NCBI RefSeq assembly: GCF_018977255.1
Contig: NW_024704742.1
Location: 23,252,001-23,316,000, forward strand
Origin: Callorhinchus milii
Taxonomy: Eukaryota
Length of the DNA: 64,000 nucleotides
Direction: 5' to 3'
The notes beneath the pieces are model-generated. The model was not told the origin of the DNA and made no database searches. It worked only from the letters and a program-made list of their open reading frames with translations. Below, one piece after another: positions 11,676 through 25,807 of the stretch (position 1 is its first letter; each line of letters starts with the position of its first letter). The position numbers were made by a program, and so were the translations under genes.

Positions 11676-13782
11676 ACAATAAAATACATTCACTGGAGTT
11701 GTAAAGCTATACATTAATTATTAATTATTGACAGTAATTCAATATTAATATTAAAATTCTTGCACGCTTTTCAAAATTAGCTTCAAAATTCCGAGTCTTC
11801 AGAATTAGTTGAAATCCCTGAGATGTGAAACTTCTGAATCTCGATACGGAAAAAATAACATTGAAATAAATTTTGAGTTTTAAAAGCAATTGAAATTAAT
11901 TGCATTGTGCAGCGATTGAGTACAACCACCAGAGGACAGCAATGAGTAAATTACACCAACCCGGGATAAAGAGGTCAGCTTTCAGCACACACAACACTCA
12001 GAGAATCACCAAGAGCATTGGATTCCCACACTGTACAGAGATCAAACTGCTTTGAATATTGATCCTGGAAATAGAACACCTTTTTCCCCATTGTCATTCG
12101 AGGATTTGAAGGTTAGGTTCAGCAGAGCCCAATAAATAGCCCTTTTCCTCTATCCCTCCGCCTTGCACCCACCCCTCCTTCCCCATCTTCAAGTCGCTCC
12201 AGAAGATCTTCCTCCTCGACCGTGCCTACGGTTACCCCTCCCCTCCTCCTGGCTCGGCTTCATGCTCTGCCACTGTCAAGGGCTCTGGGGCGCTATCCTG
12301 CATGAGGGGTGCCATATAAATGCAAGTTGTTGTTGCTACTTGAATCAAAAATGGGCATCCACCAACCTTAGAACACTCCTTACTGACGACACAACTGTGA
12401 CTGCTGCCCATCTCACAGCAACTATTCTTATGCCTCGCTGCCTGAGATTGTTGATTTGGACCAAGCTTTGCATAGCCAAGTAAAACAGAAGAGGCAGAAT
12501 AGGGGGGAGATCATGGCTCAAGTTCTGAGCTTTGCTTTCATAATGACTAAAGCCTTTAAATCTCAATAACAATTGCTTCTACATTAGAAGGGATAGAAGT
12601 GTGAAGATGTATTCCTGATTGTGGTTACAACACTTACAATTTTTCAATGGAATACTTCCTTAACATTTCTGATGACTGTTTTCTATGGATAATCAATATG
12701 CTTACGGCCACCTCCACACTTCTCCCGGCTCGGAGTCGGGCTCCACCACTGTTAAGCGCTCTGAGGCGCTACCCTGAGGGAAGGGCACTATATAACAACA
12801 TATATGCAAGTTGTTGTTGCTGCAATTGTGTTGGTAACTTTTTTGAAAATGTGTCACTTTTTTTCTTCTACTTGCATTTAATCCAGTGAGCATCAGTTAG
12901 TTATCTTTGGTATATTACTTAAGAAGCCTTATGAACCCACTAGGCTGGGATAGAGGGCAAGAGAAAGAGAGAGAGAAAAATAACATCTACACACACACAC
13001 AGGACCATTAGCATCATGAACCCCCATTTTGCCTTCAACCCCCCCAGTAAATTGTATTTTTACCACGTTTAAATCTCAAGCAAATGCTTGCGTTCACATT
13101 GAGGCCTCATGTCAGTAATATGCTACTCGCAGCTGCTGGTAACTTTAAAATCATACATGTGACATTTCACACATGCACATGTGAGAGCACAGGCTTATAA
13201 GCCATGACTAATAAAGCATGATGTGTGGTATTTGAAATTCCTTTTGCAAAAGAAATCCAAATGGAAGTTATTGCCTGACCATCAATTCAATGCCAATGGG
13301 ACCGGCTCCGTGTGCTGTTACAATATTGGATACATTCATTAATTGTATTTTCTAAACATTCCTTCAATCCTCTGCCAAGAAGATTAAAGTTTCATTCCTG
13401 AAAGCATCAGCATTTGCTTTTCTTGAAGTAAAAGTGAAATAAATCGCTGCCTGTCCGATCAGCTAAAACCTATCGTGTCCAACTCTTTTGTTATAGAATT
13501 AGCTTCTTGCTAAGGATGACGTTATTTCTCCAGATGAGAACCAGTTTGGCTTTTGCAAAACCAGAGGGTCTTCAGTTGCATAGCCTCAGGTGACTTGGAG
13601 TTGTGTTGCAGAAAGGGAAAACATGATCCACAAGGCAGGCAAAGTAACGGTTTAGAAATGCCGCTCGGAGATTTGTTTGATTTAATACTATTTAAATAAA
13701 CAGAGGCAGATCTTAAAAGTTTGATTGTTTTAATACCGTCACTCAAAAAAAAACACCTTCCAGTCTCAAGATACAAGTGAAT

Positions 13783-13788
13783 TTTATT
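13783..13788 (-). terminator. Likely LRBA polyadenylation signal (3' UTR about 1.25 kb); proximal AATAAA at 14703-14708
   Basis: Minus-strand AATAAA followed about 25 nt downstream by GGTG and a T run, the canonical downstream element. Confidence 0.65.
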
Positions 13789-15028
13789 TTTGATTTCATT
13801 ACACAAACTGGAATAACTTCATTCCAAATCATCACCAAAAAAGCTCTTCTGAGTGAGGTTTTGAAATACAGTAATTTGGTCCCTCGGGCAGGTTACTAAT
13901 GCACCACTAGGCACCAATAGGATCTAAATTGGACAAACAAACATTCTCTCAGCAAGATGGAATGTTTTCAGCAATCTGGTTTCTGAAGGTTTTGTAGGCT
14001 GATCACAACATCCCAACCATGGGATTTCAGACACAGAATAACAAGCAATGACAAGAACCCAGAGTTTCACAGTTACTAGGAGTTATTGGAATTCAGCACA
14101 ACAGTGTTGAGCAATTTCGAACACTTTTAACAAAGGCTATTGAAATTAAAGTCATGGACATTATTCTCTGAAAACGCACACACACACACACACCAATTTG
14201 TAATGGACAAACCTTATTACACTGCTTTGATTCACTGTTTACCTGAACTCCAAGAACATTTAATATAACAAAGATCCCTTTTCCAGCCCAGCAGCATGCC
14301 AATGACAAGAATATAATTTCCAATAGACTGCTATAAAGTTAAAAAATCCTAGGTCATAATTTAAATATTGCTCTTTGTTCCCAGCAATGTCAGTGCTAAG
14401 CTACCATAACATTAATGAAAAAATACAGTAAAGAATCATGCCTTAGAAAGATTTGTACACCCCTACGTGCAAACCTTCTCCCCAAAAAGAAACCATTTTT
14501 TTTAAAATGTGATCTCTGTAAATGCAAGAATTAAATCACAGGTGTAAATATATTGCTCAATTCTAACACAATTTATGAACATCTCTGATTAAATTTGTTT
14601 TACATTCTTTCAAATCACTCATTTCTTCATACAGAGATGGAAATAAAGAAATAGTTAGTATATTTCTTGTGAATGAGACGCATATAAAGAATCATGTAAA
14701 GATTTATTCCTCCTAAAAATAGACTTTTTTTAATCTCTGAATTAGTCTTATATGTTCTGATGTTTTAGTAATGGTATGTCAAATTCCTTATATTCTACAA
14801 AAATAGCAGTAAGCATTTCAAAATACTCTGCTTTCCAAGAGACTTTGTTACATTCAGATTTGCTGCTTCTTCATGTAGATCGATGCCTTTATGTACAGTG
14901 GCGGGACTGTGTGACTACGTTGATTAAAAACTCTTGAATCCAATGCACCAGCGATGGCTCTTTGCTCCTTCGAGGGATAATCCCCGGTCCAGCACGAAGC
15001 AGTGCATTTCTGTCTCGTGAGCGCACTT

Positions 15029-15119
15029 TCAGTACCTGGTTCGATACTCATGATGCCATCGATTAAAATCAATGTAAAACAGTACTATGCTTCCAGATGC
15101 CATACCCGTAATGACGACC
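15029..15119 (-). CDS. LRBA: LRBA last coding exon: (R)VVITGMASGSIVLFYIDFNRWHHEYRTRY*
   Basis: Acceptor catag|, phase 2; matches the LRBA C-terminus; TGA at 15029-15031. Confidence 0.96.
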
Positions 15120-17308
15120 CTATGTTAAGAAACAACCAGTTATTCACACACAATACAATCGGGGAGGTTTTCATTGAATCAGACACCGCCTAGCACAGTG
15201 TGGATTAAGTTTTAAAAACTCTCAGTAAGACAGCACCGTTTTTAGTAGAGGAATAGATTTGTTAAACGGTATCCCTGTGTCTCTGCAAACTTCTGCTTTA
15301 TAAAATTACTAAAATGATATGAGGAACAACAATAACAGATTTAAGAGCAATTGTCAGATTTAATTCCCACTCTCTAACCAAAATGATACCTTAAAGGGTA
15401 TTGACCTTAAAGGGAAAGTTATCAAAATATTATAAAAATGATGGGCACATTTTTTATGTCTAGCAGTTTGCTAATAAGGGCATGTTTGTTTTATGGAATG
15501 TACAGCATGATTGAGGAAGACTGATTATATGGTATTTGTAGAATTAAAATTACAGGGTTGCAGTAGCAAAATAGCTGCTTCCAAGACATATCAAGGATTA
15601 TTTGTGGCGAAGAGGTCATGTATATAAAACATAGGTGGACACTCAGGATGACGGCGGTTGCAGGTAAACTTTCATAATTTTGTTGAGATCTCTTAGAATT
15701 TACGTTCAAACAGATCTATGCTCCAATCCCCAAACCACAGAGCATTAGATATTGATATTCTTTCTGCTGTCAAACCATTCTCTCAGGATTACTATAGTTA
15801 TCTCAAACTTTCAACCGTTCTCTAAATCTGTTGTAGATTATGCGCCATTTTGTGGTCATATAGGCTGCCTTGTGTTCTTGCTTTGCTGTTTGATAAAATT
15901 CATCAAATTTACTGCAACAAATGGCCAAGAGTACACACTAGTGATCGCTGTGCTCCTCGTTGTACAAAAGGCACTGTCCTCATCACCATCTTTATTGAAA
16001 CACACTTCTTAACACTTTACGACACAATGAGATAAATTATCGTAAATTAATCCTGTAATAGTTGGATTTGCTGCGTTAATTGAAGACTAACCTTTGAAAT
16101 TTTAATGCATGAGTTTAAACTTTCCCTGATGACCCTGTCCTCGTGATGTTCCATGAAAGACAGTGGGGTCAAATATGTGTTCTTTCCTAAACCAGCAAAC
16201 AGAACCTCAGTGCACCCACAGTTAGTTGTAAGGAGAATTGGTGCGTACGCACTGGTTCCTGTTTTTCATTTTTATTGTTAAGAGCCCGATTTGTGCAGGT
16301 CAGGAAGAGGAACTGAGAGTCTGCCATAGTTGAAATCCAATCTCGCCCCCCCACAACGGTGAAACAATTGAATAGCTGCCACATTCATCACACCCTCGGC
16401 AGCAGGTATCCGACCGCAGAAAGAGATTCTTCCCATGCGAATAGCACAATGTACACCTATATCCTTCAGATAATCTCTTTCGTTGTGGGGGCCGGGTACA
16501 TTGCTGCCTGCAGCCATGGCTTAATGGTTGAGTAGCATTAATGTAAACAGCAGTGATTTGTGCTGGCCAGAGTACAGAACCTTAAAACATAATATCTTTG
16601 AAAAAAAATCAAAAGAGTTTTGGTGCAGTTTTTCAGGGGAAAGCTTAATTCGAACAGAATGTTGAAATCAATGTAAAAATTGGGGGATGGGAGTCACAGC
16701 TTGGAAACATTCAGAGCTTCTCTGAACCTCTGTCGGTTTTCCTGAAAATAGGCCGTTTGTGGTTATTGGCCATGATCTATAACCTTGCAACTGGGCTACT
16801 AAATGGAAAGAATCCTGAAGGCAGGCAAACGTGACTGTCGTATAGCAGCGCAACACAGCACGTCAGGGAGCCAGCGCACAGTGCCAGAGAGCAGGAGCCG
16901 TGCTGGCCAGCTACAATCTCAGCCGTGTGGCTGTGGGGAACCACATACACAGCCGATGGTTCCCCAGGGGAGGGGATAGAGAATATTCACAGGCTTGACA
17001 CCCTTTGTCCACTTCAGGGTACAGATAAGAGTTTTGCCTTCTTGGCTGTAGCGCTCAGGGAAAATAAAACAAGCAGCTTTTACACTTGTGGGGATACAAG
17101 CTAACCATCATGTGAACTGGGCAGCCTTGGCCATCCACGATTGTTATGAACTGGATCTACAACATTTTTAATCTACAATATTGATTTTGAAAAAAAAATC
17201 AACTCACAAGCATTAAAGCCGAATAGATTGCTGGAAAGACAGTTTGCATTTTCTTTTGGAGGGGGAGGGGAGCATAGCTTACATTGAATCCACTCTCAAA
17301 CATCTTAC

Positions 17309-17460
17309 CTTTGATCGTGAGACATGGCCATGGATCTAATGCCAGCGTCACAGCCAGGGTAGGTCATCAGCTGTTTGAAGTCCCAGACCTGCCACACAGC
17401 CACTATTCCACTGTCTCCCCCAGTGATGAGGTACTGTCCATCACGGCTCAGCAGCATAGC
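17309..17460 (-). CDS. LRBA: LRBA WD40 exon AMLLSRDGQYLITGGD...AMSHDQ(R)
   Basis: ccag| ... |gtaag; 152 nt; phase 0 to 2. Confidence 0.96.
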
Positions 17461-20400
17461 CTGGACAAGAACAATGCATGTTACAGCCAAGCTCACCGCA
17501 ATAAGTCCCTCAGATACCTCCCATGTTTGGCTGTGTCTCAGCAGCTGGTCATTTTAAACAGTGCTATATATTAAAAGTATCACCCAGCATTTTCATCAGG
17601 ACACAACATTCTCACTTCTAACTGAAAGCTGACAGTTTTATTTTTCCTAATATGCCAGTTTGTCATAATGGTAAATCATTAAGTACACTATCCGTGCCTT
17701 ACATATTTATTTTAAGAAAATATGTCAATTTCAGTTCTACTGGTTAGTATATCAAAGGCCAGTACAGATACAAGTGCTTGAGATGAAACATTCCTCGGTT
17801 ATCCATGGGCTTTGCTAACCCCAATGCTGATAGTGTTATTTGTAATCATTTCATGACAAGAATGGTGAAGCCCTGAATCCTTTGAAAAGTTACTTCATTC
17901 TTACGTCGCTCTCCAATAGCCGACATGGAAAATGCCAGTGCTGTGCTGTTTAATACAGAATGTATAAACACTGTCAGAGTTAGATAGTCTCATGAAGAGG
18001 CCGATTACACTCCCAGAGAAGATTAAGTGTTTCTGAGCCATTTGCCTAAAATGTGAAGATGATGATATAAAAAAAGGAGTTTTTTTTAAGGATCTCATTT
18101 TCGAACCTTCTTCAAACATACATCAAGTGAACCCAGAATTACAATAGAATTATACACATATATTATATACATAGAATCTACAGCACCAAAAACAGGCCAT
18201 TCAGCCCAACTAATCCATGTAAGTGTTTATACTATACACATGAACCTGCACCCATCCTAATTCCCCCCTCTCTGGCCTCCCCCATCTCCTTTCTCTCTCC
18301 TGAATGCAGAGATGTGCTAGAATGCTACAGGGACTAAATTGCTTTATAGCAACAGAAATTCTTTCCAATTAACCCCATTACATTTCTGAGCAGGAGTGAA
18401 AAAGGCAGTGAGATGGCATTGTTTAAAGCTCCTTCATGAATGGATATTGAAATGTTACAATACGATTATATTACTGAAATAAGAATAACAGAAGCATTAG
18501 CAAAACATCAATAAACTACAGTGATAATAGCAGGACATTATCAAAATACTTAATGTTTTATAAGTCAATTAAACAACTGCACTTAATGAATGCTTTTCTG
18601 TTATCACATTCAAAACAAACCGACATTGATTTCTGTCAGTTCCTGAAACCTGTCTGAAATAAGTTCAATATTCTGGTGTAATTTACTGGTTTTCAACACA
18701 AATCTATCAACTGTTTAACAAATGCAAGAATCAAATTCCAAACACTTATTTTCCATTTGGTCCTATTGCGTGGAATTCCTGTGTCAGGAATCTTACTGAA
18801 ATGCATGGATGTGATCCAAACATAACATTTGGACAATTGTTGGGTGTGAAATACATGTCTCTCTGAATATCGTTAAACTGTTATGTTTTTCCCCTCGCTA
18901 CATTCCTCTCTTTTTGCCCTGAAGGTGTCAGACATCTTTTTTTTCACACTCCTGTGGGGTGGGTCCATAAATCTTGGAGGGGACAAAGTTCAAATTTTGG
19001 TCTGTACTGAGTTAGTTTATCTCCGACAGGGCGCATTCAGGATAAAATTGGCCACTGTCCTGGATGATTGCTAGCCGAAGACTTTGTTCCATGGTGCATG
19101 TGTGCACACTTGGGGTAAAGATAGGAATGGCCTCGGCTCTATTGGTGCCCCTGCAGTCAAATAGTCCCGTTCCAGTCAATGTCAAAACTTGCACATGAAT
19201 AACAGTGCCGGTTAAAAGAACTTTAAACAGCAGGTGGTGAATGTGTGCGACTGACTGCCAATCGAAATGGCTTTGGCATCGTTTGCAACACTGCTTAATG
19301 ATAATTATCATATCAAAACACATAATTAAAAGCCACAAATCCCATCACATTGTTTTACATTGGGACTGGTCAGATCAGGCACAGCTGTGTTTTCTGGCTC
19401 TGTACATTGATCTAACACATTGAAGGAAAGTACTGAAAGGCACCCAGGGTTTCGCGATGGCCATCAGTACCTTTACAAAGAGTTAAATGCCTTGAAAAAG
19501 GAGTGAAATGAGCTCAGGAAAGAGCAGGTGAAAATGTTTGAGGGAGAAATTAGTCAAATAGAAAATAGTTAGAAAGATCAGAAACTGCAAATCATGCAAT
19601 GTTAGAAACAAAGTTAAAAGTTAAGAATCCCAAAACAGAGCTAATAATACTCCTTGCAGTTGATATAGCACCTTTCAAAACAGGTGGACGTCTTAGATAG
19701 ATTTCATGGAGTCACGAGAGTATAGTGACTGTATTTTGTACGGAGCTAATTTATGTATAGCAATGGTACGATAAAGAAGACTGATTTCAGTGCTGATGTT
19801 TTAGCTCTTAATATGAGCAACTTGTCCAGAAGCAGGTGGTACGACATGAAACAAGGGAAAGTAGAGCACTGCCACCATTTTAGGGGAAAAATTCAAATCA
19901 AAACAGGTGCACAGCCCTGAATAAACAGCGCACAATTCCCAGACAGGATGAAAGTGTGGCTGTAATTTTTCTTTGTCATGAAAGATGAAAGTACATTTGA
20001 ATTGTGCCTTTTGCTTGGGAATAGAAAATGATTGCAGTTGTCGGCATTCTGGCATGCACGACATCTGAAAGGCACCTCAAAGAACTTTCTTGCATACCCT
20101 GGTACCCAAAGGATTTCTGCATTGCTCTGCAACATTTAGTTTTCAATTACCACCAGGAATGTCACTTGCAGACTGCAGGCAATTATTATTCATTTCAAAT
20201 GCTCTTTAATCACACTGGTGTGTTCAGCCTGGAAGTGTAATAAAACACTGAAGCTCTGGTTGGATATATTGAACTCCCAACAGGGCTTACTCCAATGGCA
20301 CATCTGCACATTGAGCCAGACTATCCAGGAGCAAGATCCAGGAAGCTTTAAATATACTTAAAGGCAGACAGAGGTACCAATAAAATGTGTGCAATTTAAA

Positions 20401-21653
20401 AATATATATTTGTATTCAGTTGTGTGTTCCCCATTGCCATTCCCAGGAGTTACCGCTCACTCTGTACCACGTCTCTCTTTAACTGCCATCCATTAACTGA
20501 CAGGAAATACAAGCTGAGCAGGGTGAATCTAACCTCCCGAGAGTAAACACCTTGCACTCCTGGCTCTTCTTTAATGTACCATATGACACTCTTGCTGAGG
20601 GCAGTGAAAACATACTCAACCGAGGCACGTGGCAACAGCCCTTGGTATGACATCCATTCAAATTCTCAGCTGCTTGAGTCCCTTGATCACATGTAGGGAA
20701 CAGTCACTAAACGCTGCTTTACGATAATTTGTGACCAGTGGACAGTAGTGTAAGGCTACTTCCATATGTGCCTCCTGCTCCAGGAAATAACGCTGCTACA
20801 TGCTCAATTCACATACATATTGAGTTTCAGCAGATCTTAGTGGGGCCACAAAATTTGGTCTAAGAATAATCTATAATCCTTGCGTTTGCACAAATAATTG
20901 TCCCTCCCTTTCCTCAGGTAAATTCATCCATCAGACGATACTTAGAAACACTGAAGACCACAATAATGGTTATCTCCTCAACTCATACTTTTGGAGTTTA
21001 GTGACCCTCAAAGAATGAATCTAAAAAAATAAAAAACTTAAGCAAACCTGGAATCTGAAAATACCATCTGGCCCATCAAGCCCATTCACTCCACAATTTA
21101 TATATAATCACACCATCATGTCTGATTAATGGTTCTGAAATTCCTGCACTAATTTCTATGGTAATTAAGAGCTGCTACTCTCTGTATACAGATATTTTCC
21201 AGCTCCCTCTTAAAGGAATCAGTTGACCTAGAAATGACTATTTGATCAGGAAGCCTGTTGCCATTCTGTTTGTGATGTGGGGAAGAGATTCTTCTAACCT
21301 TATAAATTTGGTATTAGTGAAATATAGCAGTATTGGAGCCACTAAGGTAAATAGCCTTCTCGCATCATTATTGTACATGAACTTCATTTTGTTCCTGGAT
21401 TTAGATCTAAAATTGTACATATTGTCACGGTTAGTCTTTCGGAACCATGTCATTCAACAAATTTATCAAAGACAAGTTATCTGACAACGCAGACAACCAG
21501 ATGGTTTCATCTTAAGCAGTAGCTCTTATCTCAAAGTCAAACAACATAATCTACAAAGTAAGTGGGTTTCAGCTACTCAATGCACCCACCCCATTCAACA
21601 GGCCTATTCATGCTGCCTGGTCTCTTAGTAGGATATCTGACCCAAAAAACCTT

Positions 21654-21992
21654 ACCAAGGGAGTATGGGATGGGGTTCCAAAGGGTGGGGTCAGAGAGGC
21701 TGAAGGCCTGACCGACGATGGTGGGGGGTGGGCAGGGTGGAGCCCGTTGAGCGGAGGGAGAGGACAGGTCCATATCGCTACAGCACACTACATAAATGTT
21801 GCTGGTGAGCGGTTGTGTGATCAACATGCTATTAATTGGGACTGTTTGTGGGGCACTGCTGTGTGCTGCCACATTTTTCCCACAAAATATACAGTCAATT
21901 CACTTTACAGTCAAATCTGTGAAGCACATTGAGTCATCTTGAAGATGTGATAAGGGCTATATCAAATGCAAGGATTATTGTTATTATTATTA
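21654..21992. mobile_element. L2 fragment (minus, about 21654-21780) next to a SINE 3' fragment (plus, about 21838-21992)
   Basis: TIVGQAFSLSDPTLWN matches the L2 copy near 23280; SINE tail aaatgcaaggattatt. Confidence 0.75.
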
Positions 21993-22385
21993 CATATGTG
22001 ATCTCTGTGAGCTGCTCAGATGTTAACTTATAAGGGAATTGAAAACAGTTATTTTCCTCTATTCAGTAAATTTACCAGACTTGTTTTGTGGATGCACTTG
22101 CAATTGGATCTTTCCATTACATGTGCATGCTACCAGCCACTGATTCATGTATTTTTGTACATCAGTCAGATTTAAAATCAAATTGAACTTTGTTTGTGTA
22201 CAAATCTTTTTGGAATCAGCGTATTATTAGCAGAGTGGATTGAAATGGGCCATTATCTCCATTCCATTGCAATACCAATAATACTTTTACTGTCAGATTG
22301 AAAATAAATGGTTCATTATTTTATCAGTATTAATCGCACAAATAACATTGGACTGAACCATGCTGTTTGTTCTCCAAGCATTATA

Positions 22386-23577
22386 TCCTTGACTGGTTCA
22401 GGTCCTACTTTTCACACCACCTCCGCTTCGTCTCTACAAACGACTTCTCCTCCAGCCCCCGCACTGTCTCGTGGGGTGTTCCTCAGGGCTCTGTCCTCGG
22501 TCCCCTCCTCTTCACCCTCTACATGCTCCCCCTTGGTGACATCATCCGCAGACGTGGGGAAAATTTCCACATGTATGCGGATGACACTCAACTCTATCTC
22601 TCTGCCTCCACCCTGAACTCCAGGACTGCAGGCGTCCTGACCAGCTGCCTGTCCAACATCAAGTCCTGGACGAGGGACAACTTTTTCCAACTCAACGTCA
22701 GCAAGACCGAGACCCTCCTGATTGGCTCGCGCCAGTGCCTCCGCACCTCGGGCACTGGCAGCATCAGCCTCCAAGGCTGCAAACTCAACCTCACTGAGCC
22801 AGTCAGGAACCTGGGTGTCTTGTTTGATCCTGAACTGTCCTTTCTTCCCCACACCCACGCCATGACTGGCACAGCCTACCACCACCTCCGCAACATTGCC
22901 AGACTTCGCCACTGCCTCACCCCTCAGGCTGCCGAAACCCTCACCCACACATTCGTCACATCAAGGCTCGATTGTGGAAACTCCCTCCTCATCGGCCTTC
23001 CCAACTCTTCCCTTCACAAACTGCAGGTCATCCAAAACTCTGCACCTCGTGTACTCTCGCCTACCAGGCTCCGTGACCCCATCGCTCCCACCCTCGCCCG
23101 ACTCCACTGGCTCCCCATCCCTCAGAGGATCGAATTCCAGATCCTCATCCTCACTTTCAAGGACAACCATGGCCTTGCCCCTTCCTACCTTTCTGACCTG
23201 CTGACTCCCTACCAACCTGCCCGTTCCCTCTGTTCATCGGGCTCCGGTCTGCTCCATGTCTCTCACCCGACCCGCCCTACCATTGGTAGCCAGACTTTCA
23301 GCCTCTCTGCCCCCACACTCTGGAACTCCATCCCAGTCTCTTCACCTCGCTTCCTCCCTTGCCTCCTTCAAGGACGGTCTGAAGACCCAAATCTTAATTT
23401 TACTTTAATTTTAAAATTTTACTCTTCGATCACCCTCCCACCCTCTGCCTTCTCTCACCCTTACCCCACCCCTCCCCCATGCTCGGGTCCTGATTCCTGA
23501 CTGTCCAGCACCTTGGGACGTCCTCCTGACACGAAAGGTGCTCTATAAATGTAATTTTGTTGTGTTGTTGTTGTTGT
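22386..23577 (+). mobile_element. 5'-truncated L2-clade LINE with a long open RT frame, antisense within an LRBA intron
   Basis: ORF 22367-23500 contains [24 protein letters not shown] and LHWLPI; (TTG)n tail; same family as 3996-5259. Confidence 0.95.
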
Positions 23578-23599
23578 ATACATGTAACAGTGCGCTTAC

Positions 23600-23796
23600 C
23601 TTTGTAGAATCCTCGGTCTCCATCTTGACTAGCAGTTTCCCATTGACACTGAAGACACAAAACTGGCCCTTTTCATAATAAATGACACAGTGGCCTTCGG
23701 TCGACAACTGGATTAATCGAGGGTGTAAGCAATCTTGAGTCCTCTCAAGAGCTTTTAGTAAGTCTCCATTCATTGTGTGGATCAAGCACGGACCCT
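23600..23796 (-). CDS. LRBA: LRBA WD40 exon (E)GPCLIHTMNGDLL...METEDSTK
   Basis: atag| ... |gtaagc; 197 nt; phase 1 to 0. Confidence 0.96.
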
Positions 23797-25705
23797 CTAT
23801 AAATCATCAGAGACAAATAAAAAAGCATATTAGTGTTATTTCTAAGCGAGTGAGTCACAATAGACCTGTTTCCACAAATAATCGCAGACTGGGCAGTCCA
23901 GACCAGCAGTGTGTTAAATAAAATCGGTATAAGATCACACTGTAATTTTGCAATCACTACGCAAGCAACTTCTTCCAGCAGTCAGAGAGTGCCATCCTGG
24001 AGTTTATTTCTATTAAAGTATTCAGAGAGAGTCAACACTGGAGGTGCAGGCATTAGAATGTGTTGCGGTAGCATTACTTAACTGTATCAACATATTGCCT
24101 GAACCTACCTGTGTTACCATACCCTTTATATGATACATTGAATATCAGGTTACCTCCAATCATGGTCATTTTTACACACAATGGTAGCTTTGGAAATGTT
24201 ATACAATGCTGGCTGCTATGGAAACAATTAATTAGAGTTTTGTTTGGGTTGGACATCTGGTTATTCTTTTATAGCAAAATGTTTTAAAGCCTCTGGGAAA
24301 TGGTAATAAAAAATTTCTGCAGCAAATCAGCAGTAGGTAGAGTTCATTAAAAAAAGGTCTCTGTTTTCACAGGAAATCGCAAGCAGTGCAGGCATTTACC
24401 GTAAGCAGGAGTGCGTGCTGGGGCTTTCAGACCCAATAACCCTTCCATTAGTTACTTCACAATGATACAAAACAGGACCAAAATGATTTGAGCCCTTCGT
24501 GTTAACTGACAGCCTCACTATGTTACGGCTAGTTTGACATTCCATTTGGCTTATTACTTTAGTGATTCTCTTCCATCTCCAGAAGGGCCTGTTTTCTCCC
24601 TGTACCATTCTTTGCTGAGACAGCAGGCCAGTCACCAGTTACCATCCTCTGCCAATCCTGCTCAACATCCCGCCTTAAGGAGATCCGAAAGCAACTTATC
24701 TGTGAGAAAGTGACTAGCTGCCACTAAAAAGCTTTATCAGAAACTTATTGTGTGAGGAACAAGCTGGCTACATGTCCACTTCAATCCACCTGTCTGTAAA
24801 ATATCAGAGCAGCATGCACATATTTCATAAAGACCTAATTCAGCAATGATCATAAACCATTTATAGAATTACTTCCATTTAGTGTGAAATTCAATTGGGG
24901 AATGCAGTCTAAAGGAAGATTGTTCCCATCTGTTCAGTAACAGAGATAGGATCGACCCAAACCTATTGTAGGTCCAGCTATTCTGACAGAGTCTGTAGCC
25001 AAGCCTGAATAACTGCAAACAATTTATTTTCCCCCTAATATTGGTGCTGGACAAATTCCCACCTACTTATATTCTTCGCTATCTTCTTAGTTTCCCTCGC
25101 TTGCCATACACCAACTAATATGCAAGAAAAACATATGCTTTCAGGTCTCTTCCAAAGCCACTCCAGTCTTCTTTCAGTGTCTCGTCTCCTCCCCCCCATC
25201 CACCCACCCACACACGCACTCCCACCAACAGCATGGGAGAGAGATTATGAATTCATCATATGGGGAATTTTGTCGGTGAAGAACTCTGTATCAGAGCACT
25301 AACTTGTTGATGTACCCTACTGTATCCTTTAACTTCAAAGTACAAAGTTGCTAGCTTGACGATGCAGTGCATCTGTCCACCATTGCACATGAGGTGGTAG
25401 GAGATGGGTTCATATCTACCAGTGCCCACATGGTGAGGCCACGAGTCGGGAGACAGTGAGCAGAAAAGAAGATGACGGAGTTCATCTGTTTTGGTCTGGC
25501 TTTTGACTGTTACTTAAATCGGGTTACTTGCAGAACAATAGATGGTGAACAAGACTGAGGTAAGAAGAGGGAAAGAACTCAATGTAACCTCAGGAACGAG
25601 GGAAAGGGTAGAATGGCTTGTCTGCCCCAAAAGATAGTAAACTGATCCATTTTTATCTGACGAGCTGTGATTTTTCAGTGCCTGACATTTTCTGATTGTA
25701 CCTAC

Positions 25706-25807
25706 CTTTGGAGCCGCTGATAACTAGGCCAAGCTCTGCACACACGGCAGCACAGCTAATCTCGCAATCATGGCCTGTCAGAATAGCTCGAGGAGCAGCG
25801 TATTCAG
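25706..25807 (-). CDS. LRBA: LRBA WD40 exon (T)EYAAPRAILTGHD...ISGSK
   Basis: ttcag| ... |gtagg; 102 nt; phase 1 to 1. Confidence 0.96.
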
